Origin: Gammaproteobacteria bacterium
GTDB taxonomy: Bacteria; Pseudomonadota; Gammaproteobacteria; Eutrophobiales; Eutrophobiaceae
NCBI GenBank assembly: GCA_965221695.1
Contig: OZ244905.1
Coordinates: 2,701,384 to 2,765,383 of the forward strand
DNA length: 64,000 bases
Direction: 5' to 3'
How positions within the stretch are numbered: position 1 is the stretch's first letter; each line of letters starts with the position of its first letter. The notes beneath the pieces were generated by a model. It ran no database searches and was not told where the DNA came from. It worked only from the letters and a program-made list of their open reading frames with translations. A program made the position numbers and the translations under genes. Below are positions 1 through 8,607 of this stretch, piece by piece.

Positions 1-1
1 G

Positions 2-403
2 CTGCAGATGGAAACGGAGTTGCGCCCGCAAAAACAGTTGAAACGGCTACGCGCTCGCCTGGCGTTCGATGATACCCCGGTCGAGGGTTACGAGATACAT
101 GCCGGGATCACGCGAGGTAAAGCTCTGCAAAGGCCGGCAGTGCTGTTACCGGACAGGCAGGATGGCGCGATCTCCGAAGACAACAGCATCCTGGGGTGTT
201 ACCTGCATGGCCTGTTCGATGACGACGCGGCTTGTTCAGCTTTACTGCAATGGGCGGGCCTGGAACGGCCACAGGCAACGGATTACCGCGCCATCAGAGA
301 GCAGCAGATCGACCGCCTGGCCGATGTGATAGAAGAAGAGATCGATTTAACAAGATTATTCCCGCTGCCCCATACCATTCCCGCGAAAGCGGGAATCTAC
401 TGA
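2..403 (+). CDS. cobQ: cobyric acid synthase CobQ/CbiP, C-terminal glutamine-amidotransferase part (5'-partial; gene starts upstream of window)
   Basis: Translation contains the CobQ GATase-domain motif region (GYEIHAG...CYLHGLFDDD). The reading frame continues into the REP-like repeat, so the last ~20 codons (..PLPHTIPAKAGIY) are repeat-derived. Confidence 0.7.
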   Translation: MQMETELRPQKQLKRLRARLAFDDTPVEGYEIHAGITRGKALQRPAVLLPDRQDGAISEDNSILGCYLHGLFDDDAACSALLQWAGLERPQATDYRAIREQQIDRLADVIEEEIDLTRLFPLPHTIPAKAGIY

Positions 404-650
404 GACAAGGGGTCGCCCTGCGGGCGACACTGAATTTGACTGGACTCCCGCTTTCGCGGGAGTGGTATGGTGGCGGTGTTCACGGACATGCCCCCTATCC
501 CATTCCCGTGAAAACGGGAATCCAGTGAGACAAAGAGTCGCCTTTCGGGCGACACTGTATTGACTGGACTCCTGCTCTTGGGGGAGTGATACGAGGGAAT
601 GCCTTGGCCTTAGGCAACAGTTACGTGCAATCGGGGCGTTCGGATCACTG
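368..650. repeat. REP-like nested-palindrome element, two tandem copies plus a conserved ~50-bp tail (family 1)
   Basis: Arms ccataccattcccgcgaaagcgggaat / actcccgctttcgcgggagtggtatgg are inverted repeats around a central palindrome gtcgccctgcgggcgac. The same architecture recurs at 11765-11975, 17839-17975 and 24035-24170 (reverse orientation). Confidence 0.8.
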
Positions 651-679
651 AAAAATGGTTTATAATCGCCGCTGTATGC

Positions 680-870
680 AGGTTTCCACCGGGCAGGTCT
701 GCCGGGTGGATTAACGGGAAGCCTGGTGAGCTTTCACAAGTGATTCCAGCACTGCCCCCGCAACGGTGATCAGCCTTGGTCCCGGACGTTACCACTGTGC
801 ATCGCATGGGAAGGTGTTCGGGACGTTGACTGGCGACAGTCAGCGCTGTCAGTCCGGAGACCGACCTGGA
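680..870 (+). ncRNA. cobalamin (adenosylcobalamin) riboswitch in the btuB leader
   Basis: Conserved segments ttaacgggaagcctggtga, gcccccgcaacggtga and accactg...gggaagg, plus the B12 box cagtccggagaccgacc (consensus AGYCMGGAGACCKGCC). Lies between a perfect TATAAT at 661-666 and the btuB start at 995. Confidence 0.7.
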
Positions 871-994
871 TATGCCGGACCGGGACCAGCCCGCGTGACT
901 CACCATCTGGTGTGAAACACGTCTGAAGCCCGGCGCCGTTAATGACATGTTGCGGAGGGCGGCATAGGGCATTCACCTGCTCATTGTTCCCTCT

Positions 995-2854
995 TTGCTG
1001 CTGTCTGAGTTCGAATTCTACGGGAGTGAAGATGTGAACAAAGCAGTTATCCGGGCGCTGCTGGTTTGCGCCGTTCTCTACGGGCCGGTGATCCAGGCAG
1101 CCCAGCAGGAAGAAATTATCGTAACCGGGACGCGCGCGCCCATTGAAGCAAACAGGTTGCCGGCTGCTGTTACCGTGATTGATCGGGCGGAGATCGAGAA
1201 GCGGCAAGTACAGTCCCTGCCTGATCTGTTGCGCGGCATCGCCGGGATAGACGTGGCGGTCAGCGGCGGCTACGGCAAAGCGGCGGCGGTCCGCCTGCGC
1301 GGCACCGAGAACCATCACGCGCTGGTCGTTGTTGATGGCGTCAGGGTTGGCTCGGCAACCCTTGGCTATGCACCCCTTCACCATACCCCCCTGGCGCATG
1401 TGGACCGTATCGAAATCCTGCGCGGTCCCCGTTCCAGTCTCTGGGGGTCTGAGGCGTTGGGCGGCGTGATTCTGATATCCACCCGCAGGGGTTCAGGAGA
1501 AAAGCCCCGTTACAGCCTGGATGCGGGTGGCGGGTCTTACGGCGCCTTCGAAGTTACCGGCGGCGTCAGCGGCGCATACCGGGATTTTGACTACAGCGCT
1601 GCCGTTTCTCGATTTGATACCCGCGGTATCGATGCGAGACAACCTATCAGCGGCCTGTTTGGTGTCGACCAGCCGGATAAAGACGGTTATGACAATCTTT
1701 CCATGCAGTTGCGCGCGGGCTATGAATTCAGCGCTGACGGCAGGATCGAGGCCTTCCTCCTGAGGACGGAAGGTACTACAGAATACGACGGTAACTTCCA
1801 GGATGAGACCGACTACCTGCAACAGGTCGCAGGTGGTTCGCTTTCAATCAGCCCGCTCGAGCGCTGGAACATGTCTTTGCAGTTGTCTGAGTCCCGGGAT
1901 GAAGCAGATAATTTCTCCCCGTCGGGTGGGCGCTCTTCACGCTTCGACAGCCGGCTCCGGCAGTTGTCATGGCAAAACCATATCGCGTTGTTGAATGATA
2001 ATTCATTGACATTCGGTGTGGATTACCGGGAAGACAAGGTCAGCAGTTCCAGCGGCTACGACCGCACCCGTCGAAACAACACTGGCCTGTTCGGACAGTA
2101 CGGCGTGGATTTTCACGGCCACCAGTTACTGGCATCGGTTCGCTGGGACGATGATGGGGTATTTGGCGACAAGACGACAGGGGGAGTGGGTTGGAATTAC
2201 GCCTGGGGTGACGCGCTGCGTGTGTATGCCGCATACGGTACCGCTTACCGGACGCCCACTTTTAATGAGCTGTTTTTTCCTTTTTTCGGTAATCCGGACC
2301 TGCGGCCGGAGACCGCCGATTCCTGGGAAGCGGGACTGGAGGGCCGGCATGCGCGTTTCCGCTGGCATTTGCGGGCGTATCACATGCAGGCGGAGGACCT
2401 CATCGTTACCGTCTGTGACCAGTTTTTCAACTGTGCCCCGGAAAACGCCAACGAGGCTGAAATAACCGGTGTGGAGGGCGAGCTTTACGCGCAATGGAAT
2501 AATTGGGATGCCGTGCTGGCTGTGGAATATCTCGATCCCGAGGATAAAAACACGGGGAACAGGCTGGCACGCCGGGTGAAGCAGCGGTTATCGATTGACC
2601 TCAGACGGGATTTGGGCAGATTCAGCTTCGGCACACGACTGCTTGCCGAAGGGAATCGGTTCGATAATGCCGCCAACACGATCAGGGTCGGCGGGTTCGT
2701 GACGCTGGATTTATCGGCAGAGTACCGTCTAAATGAGCGCCTGACATTACGCGCAAAGGCGGCAAACCTGCTGGACAAGTCGTACCAGACTGTCAATACC
2801 TACAACTCCTTCGATCGGAACTTCTTCTTGTCGTTCCATTATCGAAGCCGATGA
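995..2854 (+). CDS. btuB: TonB-dependent outer-membrane vitamin B12 receptor (BtuB-like)
   Basis: 619-aa product with an N-terminal TonB box/plug (EEIIVTGTRAP...DRIEILRGPRSSLWGSEALGGVILISTRRG). Preceded by the cobalamin riboswitch and located in a cob gene neighbourhood. Confidence 0.75.
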   Translation: MLLSEFEFYGSEDVNKAVIRALLVCAVLYGPVIQAAQQEEIIVTGTRAPIEANRLPAAVTVIDRAEIEKRQVQSLPDLLRGIAGIDVAVSGGYGKAAAVRLRGTENHHALVVVDGVRVGSATLGYAPLHHTPLAHVDRIEILRGPRSSLWGSEALGGVILISTRRGSGEKPRYSLDAGGGSYGAFEVTGGVSGAYRDFDYSAAVSRFDTRGIDARQPISGLFGVDQPDKDGYDNLSMQLRAGYEFSADGRIEAFLLRTEGTTEYDGNFQDETDYLQQVAGGSLSISPLERWNMSLQLSESRDEADNFSPSGGRSSRFDSRLRQLSWQNHIALLNDNSLTFGVDYREDKVSSSSGYDRTRRNNTGLFGQYGVDFHGHQLLASVRWDDDGVFGDKTTGGVGWNYAWGDALRVYAAYGTAYRTPTFNELFFPFFGNPDLRPETADSWEAGLEGRHARFRWHLRAYHMQAEDLIVTVCDQFFNCAPENANEAEITGVEGELYAQWNNWDAVLAVEYLDPEDKNTGNRLARRVKQRLSIDLRRDLGRFSFGTRLLAEGNRFDNAANTIRVGGFVTLDLSAEYRLNERLTLRAKAANLLDKSYQTVNTYNSFDRNFFLSFHYRSR

Positions 2855-2925
2855 ACTGACAAGGGCGCCGGGCGCGCTGGCGCTCTTTCAACCTGGGATT
2901 GCCGCATGAATACTTGGGCAAGCTA

Positions 2926-3110
2926 AGGAACCTCTGGATTAAGTCAGAGTTTCCCTAAGGAAACTCTGAACAAGTCCATCCTGGACTTGTCAGAGTACGG
3001 AAAGCAAAAATGCGATTTTTGTTTTCCTCACAAAATCAATGTCTTACAGTCATTGATATTGACGATACATCCTTGTATCGTAGGAACCTCTGACTTAATC
3101 AGAGGTTCCC
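2926..3110. repeat. MITE-like multi-hairpin element (family 2), full copy with terminal inverted hairpins
   Basis: Five consecutive perfect hairpins: ggaacctctga..tcagaggttcc; ctctgaacaagtccatcctggacttgtcagag; ggaaaacaaaaatgcgatttttgttttcc; caatatcaatg..cattgatattg; gacgataca..tgtatcgtc. Near-identical copies at 22539-22705 (reverse) and 60746-60898. Confidence 0.8.
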
Positions 3111-3211
3111 TAATATTACAAAGAGTTTTGTTGTCCACTGGATTCCTGCTGTTGCGGTAATGGTATAGATTGGCGGACAATATCAGGTTGAATAACCCAT
3201 GAGATTGAAAG

Positions 3212-3817
3212 ATGACCGACAAGACAATCAGCGCTGACGAGCACAAGCAGAAGATGCAGGAGCAGCAACGCCAGGTGCGCGCCAAGATCGCGGCGGCGAA
3301 AACAAGGCGCGGGATCATCCTCTACCTGTACGGCAACGGCAAGGGAAAAAGCAGTTCGGCATTCGGCACCCTGGCCAGAAGCATTGGTCACGGTAAAAAA
3401 GGCGCGGTGGTGCAATTCATCAAGGGTAAATGGAAGACCGGGGAGCAAGCGATTTTCAAACAACTGGGCGTGAAACACCTGGTTATGGCAACTGGGTTTA
3501 CCTGGGACACCCAGGACCGGGAGAAGGACATCGCCGCCGCGGCAGCGGTCTGGAACGACGCGCTCCCGTTGTTCCGGGACCCTGCTTACGATATTGTGGT
3601 CCTCGATGAAATAACCTACATGTTCAAGTATGGCTACCTGCCGGCAGACGCCGTCTGCGAAGTCCTGCTGGCCCGGCCGGAGAAACAGAACGTGATTATC
3701 ACCGGCAGGGACCCGATCCCGGAATTGCTGGAGATTGCCGATACCATCAGCGAGGTCAAGGAAATCCGCCATGCCTTCCACCAGGGCATCAAGGCACAGA
3801 AAGGCATAGAGTATTAA
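3212..3817 (+). CDS. cobO: cob(I)yrinic acid a,c-diamide (cob(I)alamin) adenosyltransferase
   Basis: 201-aa product with the P-loop motif LYLYGNGKGKSSSAFGTLARSIGHGKKGAVVQFIKG, typical of CobO/BtuR/CobA-type ATP:corrinoid adenosyltransferases. Confidence 0.8.
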   Translation: MTDKTISADEHKQKMQEQQRQVRAKIAAAKTRRGIILYLYGNGKGKSSSAFGTLARSIGHGKKGAVVQFIKGKWKTGEQAIFKQLGVKHLVMATGFTWDTQDREKDIAAAAAVWNDALPLFRDPAYDIVVLDEITYMFKYGYLPADAVCEVLLARPEKQNVIITGRDPIPELLEIADTISEVKEIRHAFHQGIKAQKGIEY

Positions 3818-3977
3818 AGAAGCTCTGAACAAGTCCATCCTGGACTTGCCAGAGCACGCACAACAAAAATGCGATTTTGTTGTGCTCACATATTCAATAA
3901 CTTGCAGTCATTGAATATGGCGATACATCCTTGAATCGCAAGAAGCTCTGAACAAGTCCATCCTGGACTTGACAGAG
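3818..3977. repeat. MITE-like family 2 variant copy filling the cobO/recN convergent intergenic region
   Basis: Both ends carry the ctctgaacaagtccatcctggacttg(c/a)cagag hairpin; the interior has the aaaaatgcgatttt and cattgaatatg hairpins. Confidence 0.7.
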
Positions 3978-3982
3978 ATTAC

Positions 3983-5653
3983 TTAACCGGAACCTGCGAG
4001 CATTTCCCGCGCATGATCACGGGACTGTTGCGATATCCTGATGCCGCCCAGCATGCGGGCGATTTCTTCCACCCGTTGTTCATCCGTCAGCACATCGACC
4101 CGGGTTTCAGTGGTTATACTGTCGGAGGTTTTCGTTACCCTGAAGTGGTTATCGCCCTGCGAGGCTACCTGCGGCAAATGGGTAACGCACAGTACCTGCC
4201 GGCGTTCCGCTAAGCTGTGTAACCGGTTGCCGACGATTTCCGCGATCCCGCCGGCAATTCCCGCGTCCACTTCGTCGAAAATCAACGTCGACGCGCCGCT
4301 GTCCCGGTTTGCGCTGACCTGCAGCGCAAGGCCGATGCGCGACAGTTCACCGCCGGAGGCGACTTTTCTCAGCGGTAACAACGCTTGCCCGGGATTGGTG
4401 GAAACGAGGAATTCCACCTGGTTGTTCCCGTTTCTGTGGGGTTTCAGGTCCGCACCCGGGGTGACATTGATTTGAAATCTCCCTTCAGGCATACCCAGGG
4501 TACGTATTCTGTCGCTGATGTCCGTAGCCATGTCTGCCGCGCACCGGCGCCGGCATTCACCCAGTTCATCTGCGGCCGATCGGTATTCCTCCAGCGCCCG
4601 TTGTTGTTCCTGTTCGAGTTCCGCCTGGCGCGTGCGATTGTGCTCCAGCGTACCCAGTTGCTGCGTTATCAATTGCTGGTGCGCGTAAAGCTGTTGCGGC
4701 TGTACCCGGTGTTTGCGGGCCAAATCGTGCAACTTCCCCATGCGTTGTTCCACCTCACCCAGGCGCGCAGGGTCCTGGTCCAGCTTGCCCAGGTAAGAGC
4801 GCAGTTCGTCGCTGGCCTCGGCAATGTGCAGAGACGCATTCTCCAGCAGTCCGGTTATGGTTGCCAGGGTTGAATCGAAGCGTTCCAGGTCAGCGAGATC
4901 CTTTTTGATGTGGTTGATCCTGTCGTTTGCCGACTTTTCGCCGGTATATAATCCGTCCAGGGCCTGTTGTGCCGTTTCCAGCAAGCTGTGCATGTTGACC
5001 AGACGCTTGTAATCATGTTCCAGCCGTTCCACTTCGTTCTCTTCCACTTCAAGCGCCTGCAGTTCCTCCACCTGGTACCTGAGCAGGGATAATCGTTCAC
5101 CTGCATCTCCGTCAGGTTCGGTGAGTGCACGCAAGGCCCTGTCTATTTCGTCCCAGTGTTCGTATGCCCGACTGACCCGCGCCAGGACCTCGTCATAGTC
5201 CCCGAAGCCGTCCAGCAATTCCCTTTGCGCATCTCTTTTCAACAACTTCTGGTGTTCGTGTTGCCCATGGATATCTATCAGCAGCGCGCCGATGTCGCGC
5301 AGTAACTGCAAGGGGACGGGAGTGGTATCGATATAAGCGCGCGAAGGGCCTTCCCTGTTAACCGCCCGGCGCAACAGCAATTCGTTTTCTGCGCAGGTGA
5401 TGGACTGTTCGTCCAGTAATTGCATCAGCGACTCATTTCCACCCACATCGAACAGCGCGCTGATCTCGGCGCGTGCGCACCCGGTTCGTATCACTGTGGT
5501 ATCCGCCCGGTCGCCCAGCACCAGCCCCAGGGCATCGATCAAAATGGATTTGCCGGCGCCGGTCTCGCCGGTAAGCACCGTCAGGCCCTCACAGAACGAC
5601 AGCTCGAGATTTTCAATTACCGCCAGATTGTTAATACAAAGATGTTTCAGCAT
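3983..5653 (-). CDS. recN: DNA repair protein RecN
   Basis: 556-aa product with the N-terminal Walker A motif (LTVLTGETGAGKSILIDALGLVLG), a long coiled-coil, and the C-terminal SMC-like signature and Walker B (LIFDEVDAGIAG). Confidence 0.9.
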   Translation of the reverse strand: MLKHLCINNLAVIENLELSFCEGLTVLTGETGAGKSILIDALGLVLGDRADTTVIRTGCARAEISALFDVGGNESLMQLLDEQSITCAENELLLRRAVNREGPSRAYIDTTPVPLQLLRDIGALLIDIHGQHEHQKLLKRDAQRELLDGFGDYDEVLARVSRAYEHWDEIDRALRALTEPDGDAGERLSLLRYQVEELQALEVEENEVERLEHDYKRLVNMHSLLETAQQALDGLYTGEKSANDRINHIKKDLADLERFDSTLATITGLLENASLHIAEASDELRSYLGKLDQDPARLGEVEQRMGKLHDLARKHRVQPQQLYAHQQLITQQLGTLEHNRTRQAELEQEQQRALEEYRSAADELGECRRRCAADMATDISDRIRTLGMPEGRFQINVTPGADLKPHRNGNNQVEFLVSTNPGQALLPLRKVASGGELSRIGLALQVSANRDSGASTLIFDEVDAGIAGGIAEIVGNRLHSLAERRQVLCVTHLPQVASQGDNHFRVTKTSDSITTETRVDVLTDEQRVEEIARMLGGIRISQQSRDHAREMLAGSG

Positions 5654-5665
5654 CGGGTAACCGGC

Positions 5666-6532
5666 TCAACCCCAATTCAGTTTATCCCTGAGGATCTTGA
5701 AGTGATCATGGTCCGCAGGATGGATCAGCCGTATTTTCTTGTCCTTCTTCTGTATGTTCACCTTGTCGCCGGTAACCAGTTCACAGACGATTTCTCCGTC
5801 GCAGGTCAGGTAAGCGCGATCAATTTGCGGCGTACCGATGATGACTTCCACTACGTTGTTGCCGTCAATGACCACCGGGCGGTTACTCAGGGTATGCGGG
5901 CAGATGGGGACCAGCACCAGCGCGTTCAGCGCGGGATGCAATATCGGGCCTCCACCTGCCAGCGCGTAAGCGGTTGACCCGGTGGGAGAGGAGATGATCA
6001 TGCCGTCGGAACGTTGCCGGTGAAGAAAATTACCGTCAACAAAGGTCTCGAGTTCTATCAGCTTGGCGATATTGCCTTTTTGTATGATGACATCGTTGAA
6101 AGCGTGGCTTTCCATCAGGGTCTTGCTCTGGCTTTCGATTTCGCAGTGTAATTGAAAGCGTTCATCCTCGATGAAGTTACCGCGCAGGATTTCGTCCAGC
6201 CGGCGGACCACCGCATTCGCGGGAATATCTGCCAGGAATCCCAGGCGTCCGCGGTTGATGCCCAGTAACGGCACGTTGTAATCGGCCAACAGGTGAGCGG
6301 CCCGCAACATGGTGCCATCGCCACCTATGGCTATCGCGAGATCGCAGTTCATGCCGAAATATTCCGCATTTCCCTGCGGCAGATTCAGGTTGGGCACCAG
6401 CGTGGTGGAGAACTCATCTAAGATAACTTCCTTTTTATGTTCCTGGAGGTAGTCTATAACTGTCTGTAAAGTATAAATTATTTCAGAAGTGCTATTATTT
6501 GTAATGATAGCTATGGTGTTGAACATGGTCAT
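5666..6532 (-). CDS. nadK: NAD(+) kinase
   Basis: 288-aa product with the GGDGTML and NRGRLGFL motifs. Lies immediately upstream of recN, as in E. coli. Confidence 0.85.
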   Translation of the reverse strand: MTMFNTIAIITNNSTSEIIYTLQTVIDYLQEHKKEVILDEFSTTLVPNLNLPQGNAEYFGMNCDLAIAIGGDGTMLRAAHLLADYNVPLLGINRGRLGFLADIPANAVVRRLDEILRGNFIEDERFQLHCEIESQSKTLMESHAFNDVIIQKGNIAKLIELETFVDGNFLHRQRSDGMIISSPTGSTAYALAGGGPILHPALNALVLVPICPHTLSNRPVVIDGNNVVEVIIGTPQIDRAYLTCDGEIVCELVTGDKVNIQKKDKKIRLIHPADHDHFKILRDKLNWG

Positions 6533-6612
6533 GGTTTATATTGGCCGGTGTCTTGACTCATCATGACTTAGCCGGTGATTTACCCGGTAATTTACCCAGT
6601 AACCGGGCAGGA

Positions 6613-6640
6613 TTTTGCACTGCCATGAATAGAGTGTTAA
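6613..6640 (+). promoter_or_regulatory. degenerate CIRCE-like inverted repeat (HrcA operator) upstream of hrcA
   Basis: ttttgcactg-N9-gagtgttaa resembles the CIRCE element TTAGCACTC-N9-GAGTGCTAA. It sits ~40 bp upstream of the hrcA start. Confidence 0.4.
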
Positions 6641-6678
6641 ATTTTCCATTGAGAAACTTTGCCACATTACACTGAACA

Positions 6679-7737
6679 ATGCCAAAAAATCGTCTGGAAT
6701 CCGTACAGGATTTGAATGAACGCAGTCTGCTTTTGTTCAAATCACTGGTGGAGCATTTCATCCACGATGGTCATCCGGTCGGTTCGCGTACCCTGTCCAG
6801 GGACTCGAACCTGGATCTGAGCCCGGCTACCATCCGCAATGTGATGGCCGACCTGGAGGACATGGGGCTATTGCGTTCTCCCCATACTTCGGCCGGACGC
6901 GTCCCCACGGCGCGCGGCTTCCGCCTGTTCGTTGACAGTCTGCTCAGCGTTGAACAACTGGAAGAACGAACGGTGGAGCGTATGGCGCGGGAGATGGAAG
7001 CGGAAGCCGATCTGCAGCACCTGGTTGTGCGCACGTCAAGCCTGCTGTCCGATATTACCAAGCTGGCCGCTGTGGTCATGCTGCCGCGCGTCAGGCGGAA
7101 TTCGCTCGAACATATCGAATTCATCCCCCTGTCTGAGAATCGAATCCTGGTCATACTGGTGTTGAGTAACAAGGAGATCCAGAACCGGATCATACATACA
7201 GCAAAATCCTACCCGCAATCTGAGTTGCAAAGAACCGCAAACTATCTCAACTCCACCTTTCGCGGCAAGGATCTGGAGACGATTCGCAGCGAGATGCTCA
7301 CCGAGCTGAGAAGGCTTAAGAAAGACGTTAACGATCTGATGCAGACCGCCATCGAAATGGCACAAAAAGCGTTTGTGTCGCCAACCGCGGAGGATGACGT
7401 GGTGATTTCAGGGCATACCAACCTGATGGGAGTGGCGGAACTGGGCGACCTGGAAAAATTGAAACGATTGTTCGAGAGCTTCAACCAGAAACGCGACATT
7501 CTTCACCTGCTGGAGAACGCAATCAGCGCCAAGGGCGTGCAGATATTCATTGGCGAAGAATCCGGCTACGAGGTGCTGGATGATTGCAGTATTGTTACCT
7601 CTCCGTACCAGCGCGAAGGCCAGGTCCTCGGTGTGCTGGGTGTCATCGGGCCCACCCGTATGGATTACGAAAGAGTCATCCCGGTCGTGGATGTGACCGC
7701 AAGAATTCTGGGCTCGGTCTTGAATTCTACGAATTAG
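6679..7737 (+). CDS. hrcA: heat-inducible transcription repressor HrcA
   Basis: 352-aa product with an N-terminal winged-helix region (LNERSLLLFKSLVEHFIHDGHPVGSRTLS) and the HrcA C-terminal domain. First gene of the hrcA-grpE-dnaK-dnaJ cluster. Confidence 0.9.
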   Translation: MPKNRLESVQDLNERSLLLFKSLVEHFIHDGHPVGSRTLSRDSNLDLSPATIRNVMADLEDMGLLRSPHTSAGRVPTARGFRLFVDSLLSVEQLEERTVERMAREMEAEADLQHLVVRTSSLLSDITKLAAVVMLPRVRRNSLEHIEFIPLSENRILVILVLSNKEIQNRIIHTAKSYPQSELQRTANYLNSTFRGKDLETIRSEMLTELRRLKKDVNDLMQTAIEMAQKAFVSPTAEDDVVISGHTNLMGVAELGDLEKLKRLFESFNQKRDILHLLENAISAKGVQIFIGEESGYEVLDDCSIVTSPYQREGQVLGVLGVIGPTRMDYERVIPVVDVTARILGSVLNSTN

Positions 7738-7822
7738 TCCATATCTTCTTCTACGGGTAACAGGGCGCCGGTTGCGCGCGCCCGGAATTCATTATTATCG
7801 ATCAGGACATAATGGTCTAATC

Positions 7823-8443
7823 ATGATGGTTGAAGAAAAACAAAATGCCGGCAACGGGGCAGAGCCTGTAACAAACGGGGGATCTTCCCCGGCTGAAGCA
7901 CGGTCAGAAGAGGAGATAACCGGAGCGGTACCCCTGGGTCAGGAGGAGGCCGGTGACGACCCGGACAAGATTTCTGAAGAGATTGCCGAACTCCAGCAGG
8001 AAAACGAACGGCTGAACCTGGAAGTCCGGGAACATGCCGACAACGCGTTGCGCGCCTCGGCGGAACTGGAGAATATCCGTAAACGCACTGCGCGCGATGT
8101 TGAGAATGCCCATAAGTACGCGCTGGAGCGCTTCCTTAATGAATTACTGCCGGTTATCGACAGTATGGAATTGGGCATGAACGCATCGCAGTCGGCGGAA
8201 GACATCGAGAGTTTGCGCGAAGGGATGGACCTTACCCTGAAGATGCTGCTCGACTGCCTGGAGAAGTTCGGGGTTAAAGCCATTGATCCGGCCGGTGATA
8301 AATTCGACCCCGAGTGGCATGAGGCCGTCTCCATGCAGGAACTGGAGGGCGCTGATTCAGGCAAGGTCATCAGCGTAATGCAAAAAGGCTATGAACTGAA
8401 CGGGCGACTGGTCAGACCGGCGATGGTAGTGGTTGCGAAATAG
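7823..8443 (+). CDS. grpE: nucleotide exchange factor GrpE
   Basis: GrpE coiled-coil and C-terminal domain are present (ELENIRKRTARDVENAHKYALERFLNELLPVID...GYELNGRLVRPAMVVVAK). The start is set at the first in-frame ATG; the ORF-track start at 7772 is a TTG. Confidence 0.85.
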   Translation: MMVEEKQNAGNGAEPVTNGGSSPAEARSEEEITGAVPLGQEEAGDDPDKISEEIAELQQENERLNLEVREHADNALRASAELENIRKRTARDVENAHKYALERFLNELLPVIDSMELGMNASQSAEDIESLREGMDLTLKMLLDCLEKFGVKAIDPAGDKFDPEWHEAVSMQELEGADSGKVISVMQKGYELNGRLVRPAMVVVAK

Positions 8444-8533
8444 TGGGGTCAGATTATGGGGCCTGGGCAATATCAGTTTGGTATTTCTGGCGATTTCAGC
8501 GTTTCACCGAACCTTGCTGTGTCCCGCGTAATC

Positions 8534-8562
8534 CTTGAATTTCGGGGTGATAACCCACACTT
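8534..8562 (+). promoter_or_regulatory. putative sigma-32 (RpoH) heat-shock promoter for dnaK
   Basis: cttgaat-N13-cccacactta matches the sigma-32 consensus CTTGAAA-N13-15-CCCCATNT. Lies ~50 bp upstream of dnaK. Confidence 0.45.
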
Positions 8563-8607
8563 ATATCTCTGGTAAGACAATAAAATTCTGAGCAATATAC
8601 AAGAGGC

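Noticed and set aside
610-1399. Minus-strand ORFs 610-972 and 770-1399
   Set aside because: They overlap the cobalamin riboswitch and the 5' end of btuB antisense. Typical GC-rich antisense open frames with no homology signal.
2780-2854. btuB ending in ..HYRSR instead of a terminal aromatic residue, as a sign of a frameshifted pseudogene
   Set aside because: The remainder of the barrel is intact and the ORF is of canonical BtuB length. Without an alignment I cannot distinguish a lineage-specific tail from a sequencing error. Mentioned only as a point to check.
3028-3318. Conserved ORFs recurring at 3028-3318(-), 22528-23064(-) and 60740-60961(+), encoding ..LSEYGKQKCDFCFPHNINAL..
   Set aside because: They lie entirely inside the family-2 multi-hairpin repeat, so their conservation reflects repeat identity. 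The peptide is Cys/hairpin-derived with no start/RBS context, and is treated as spurious.
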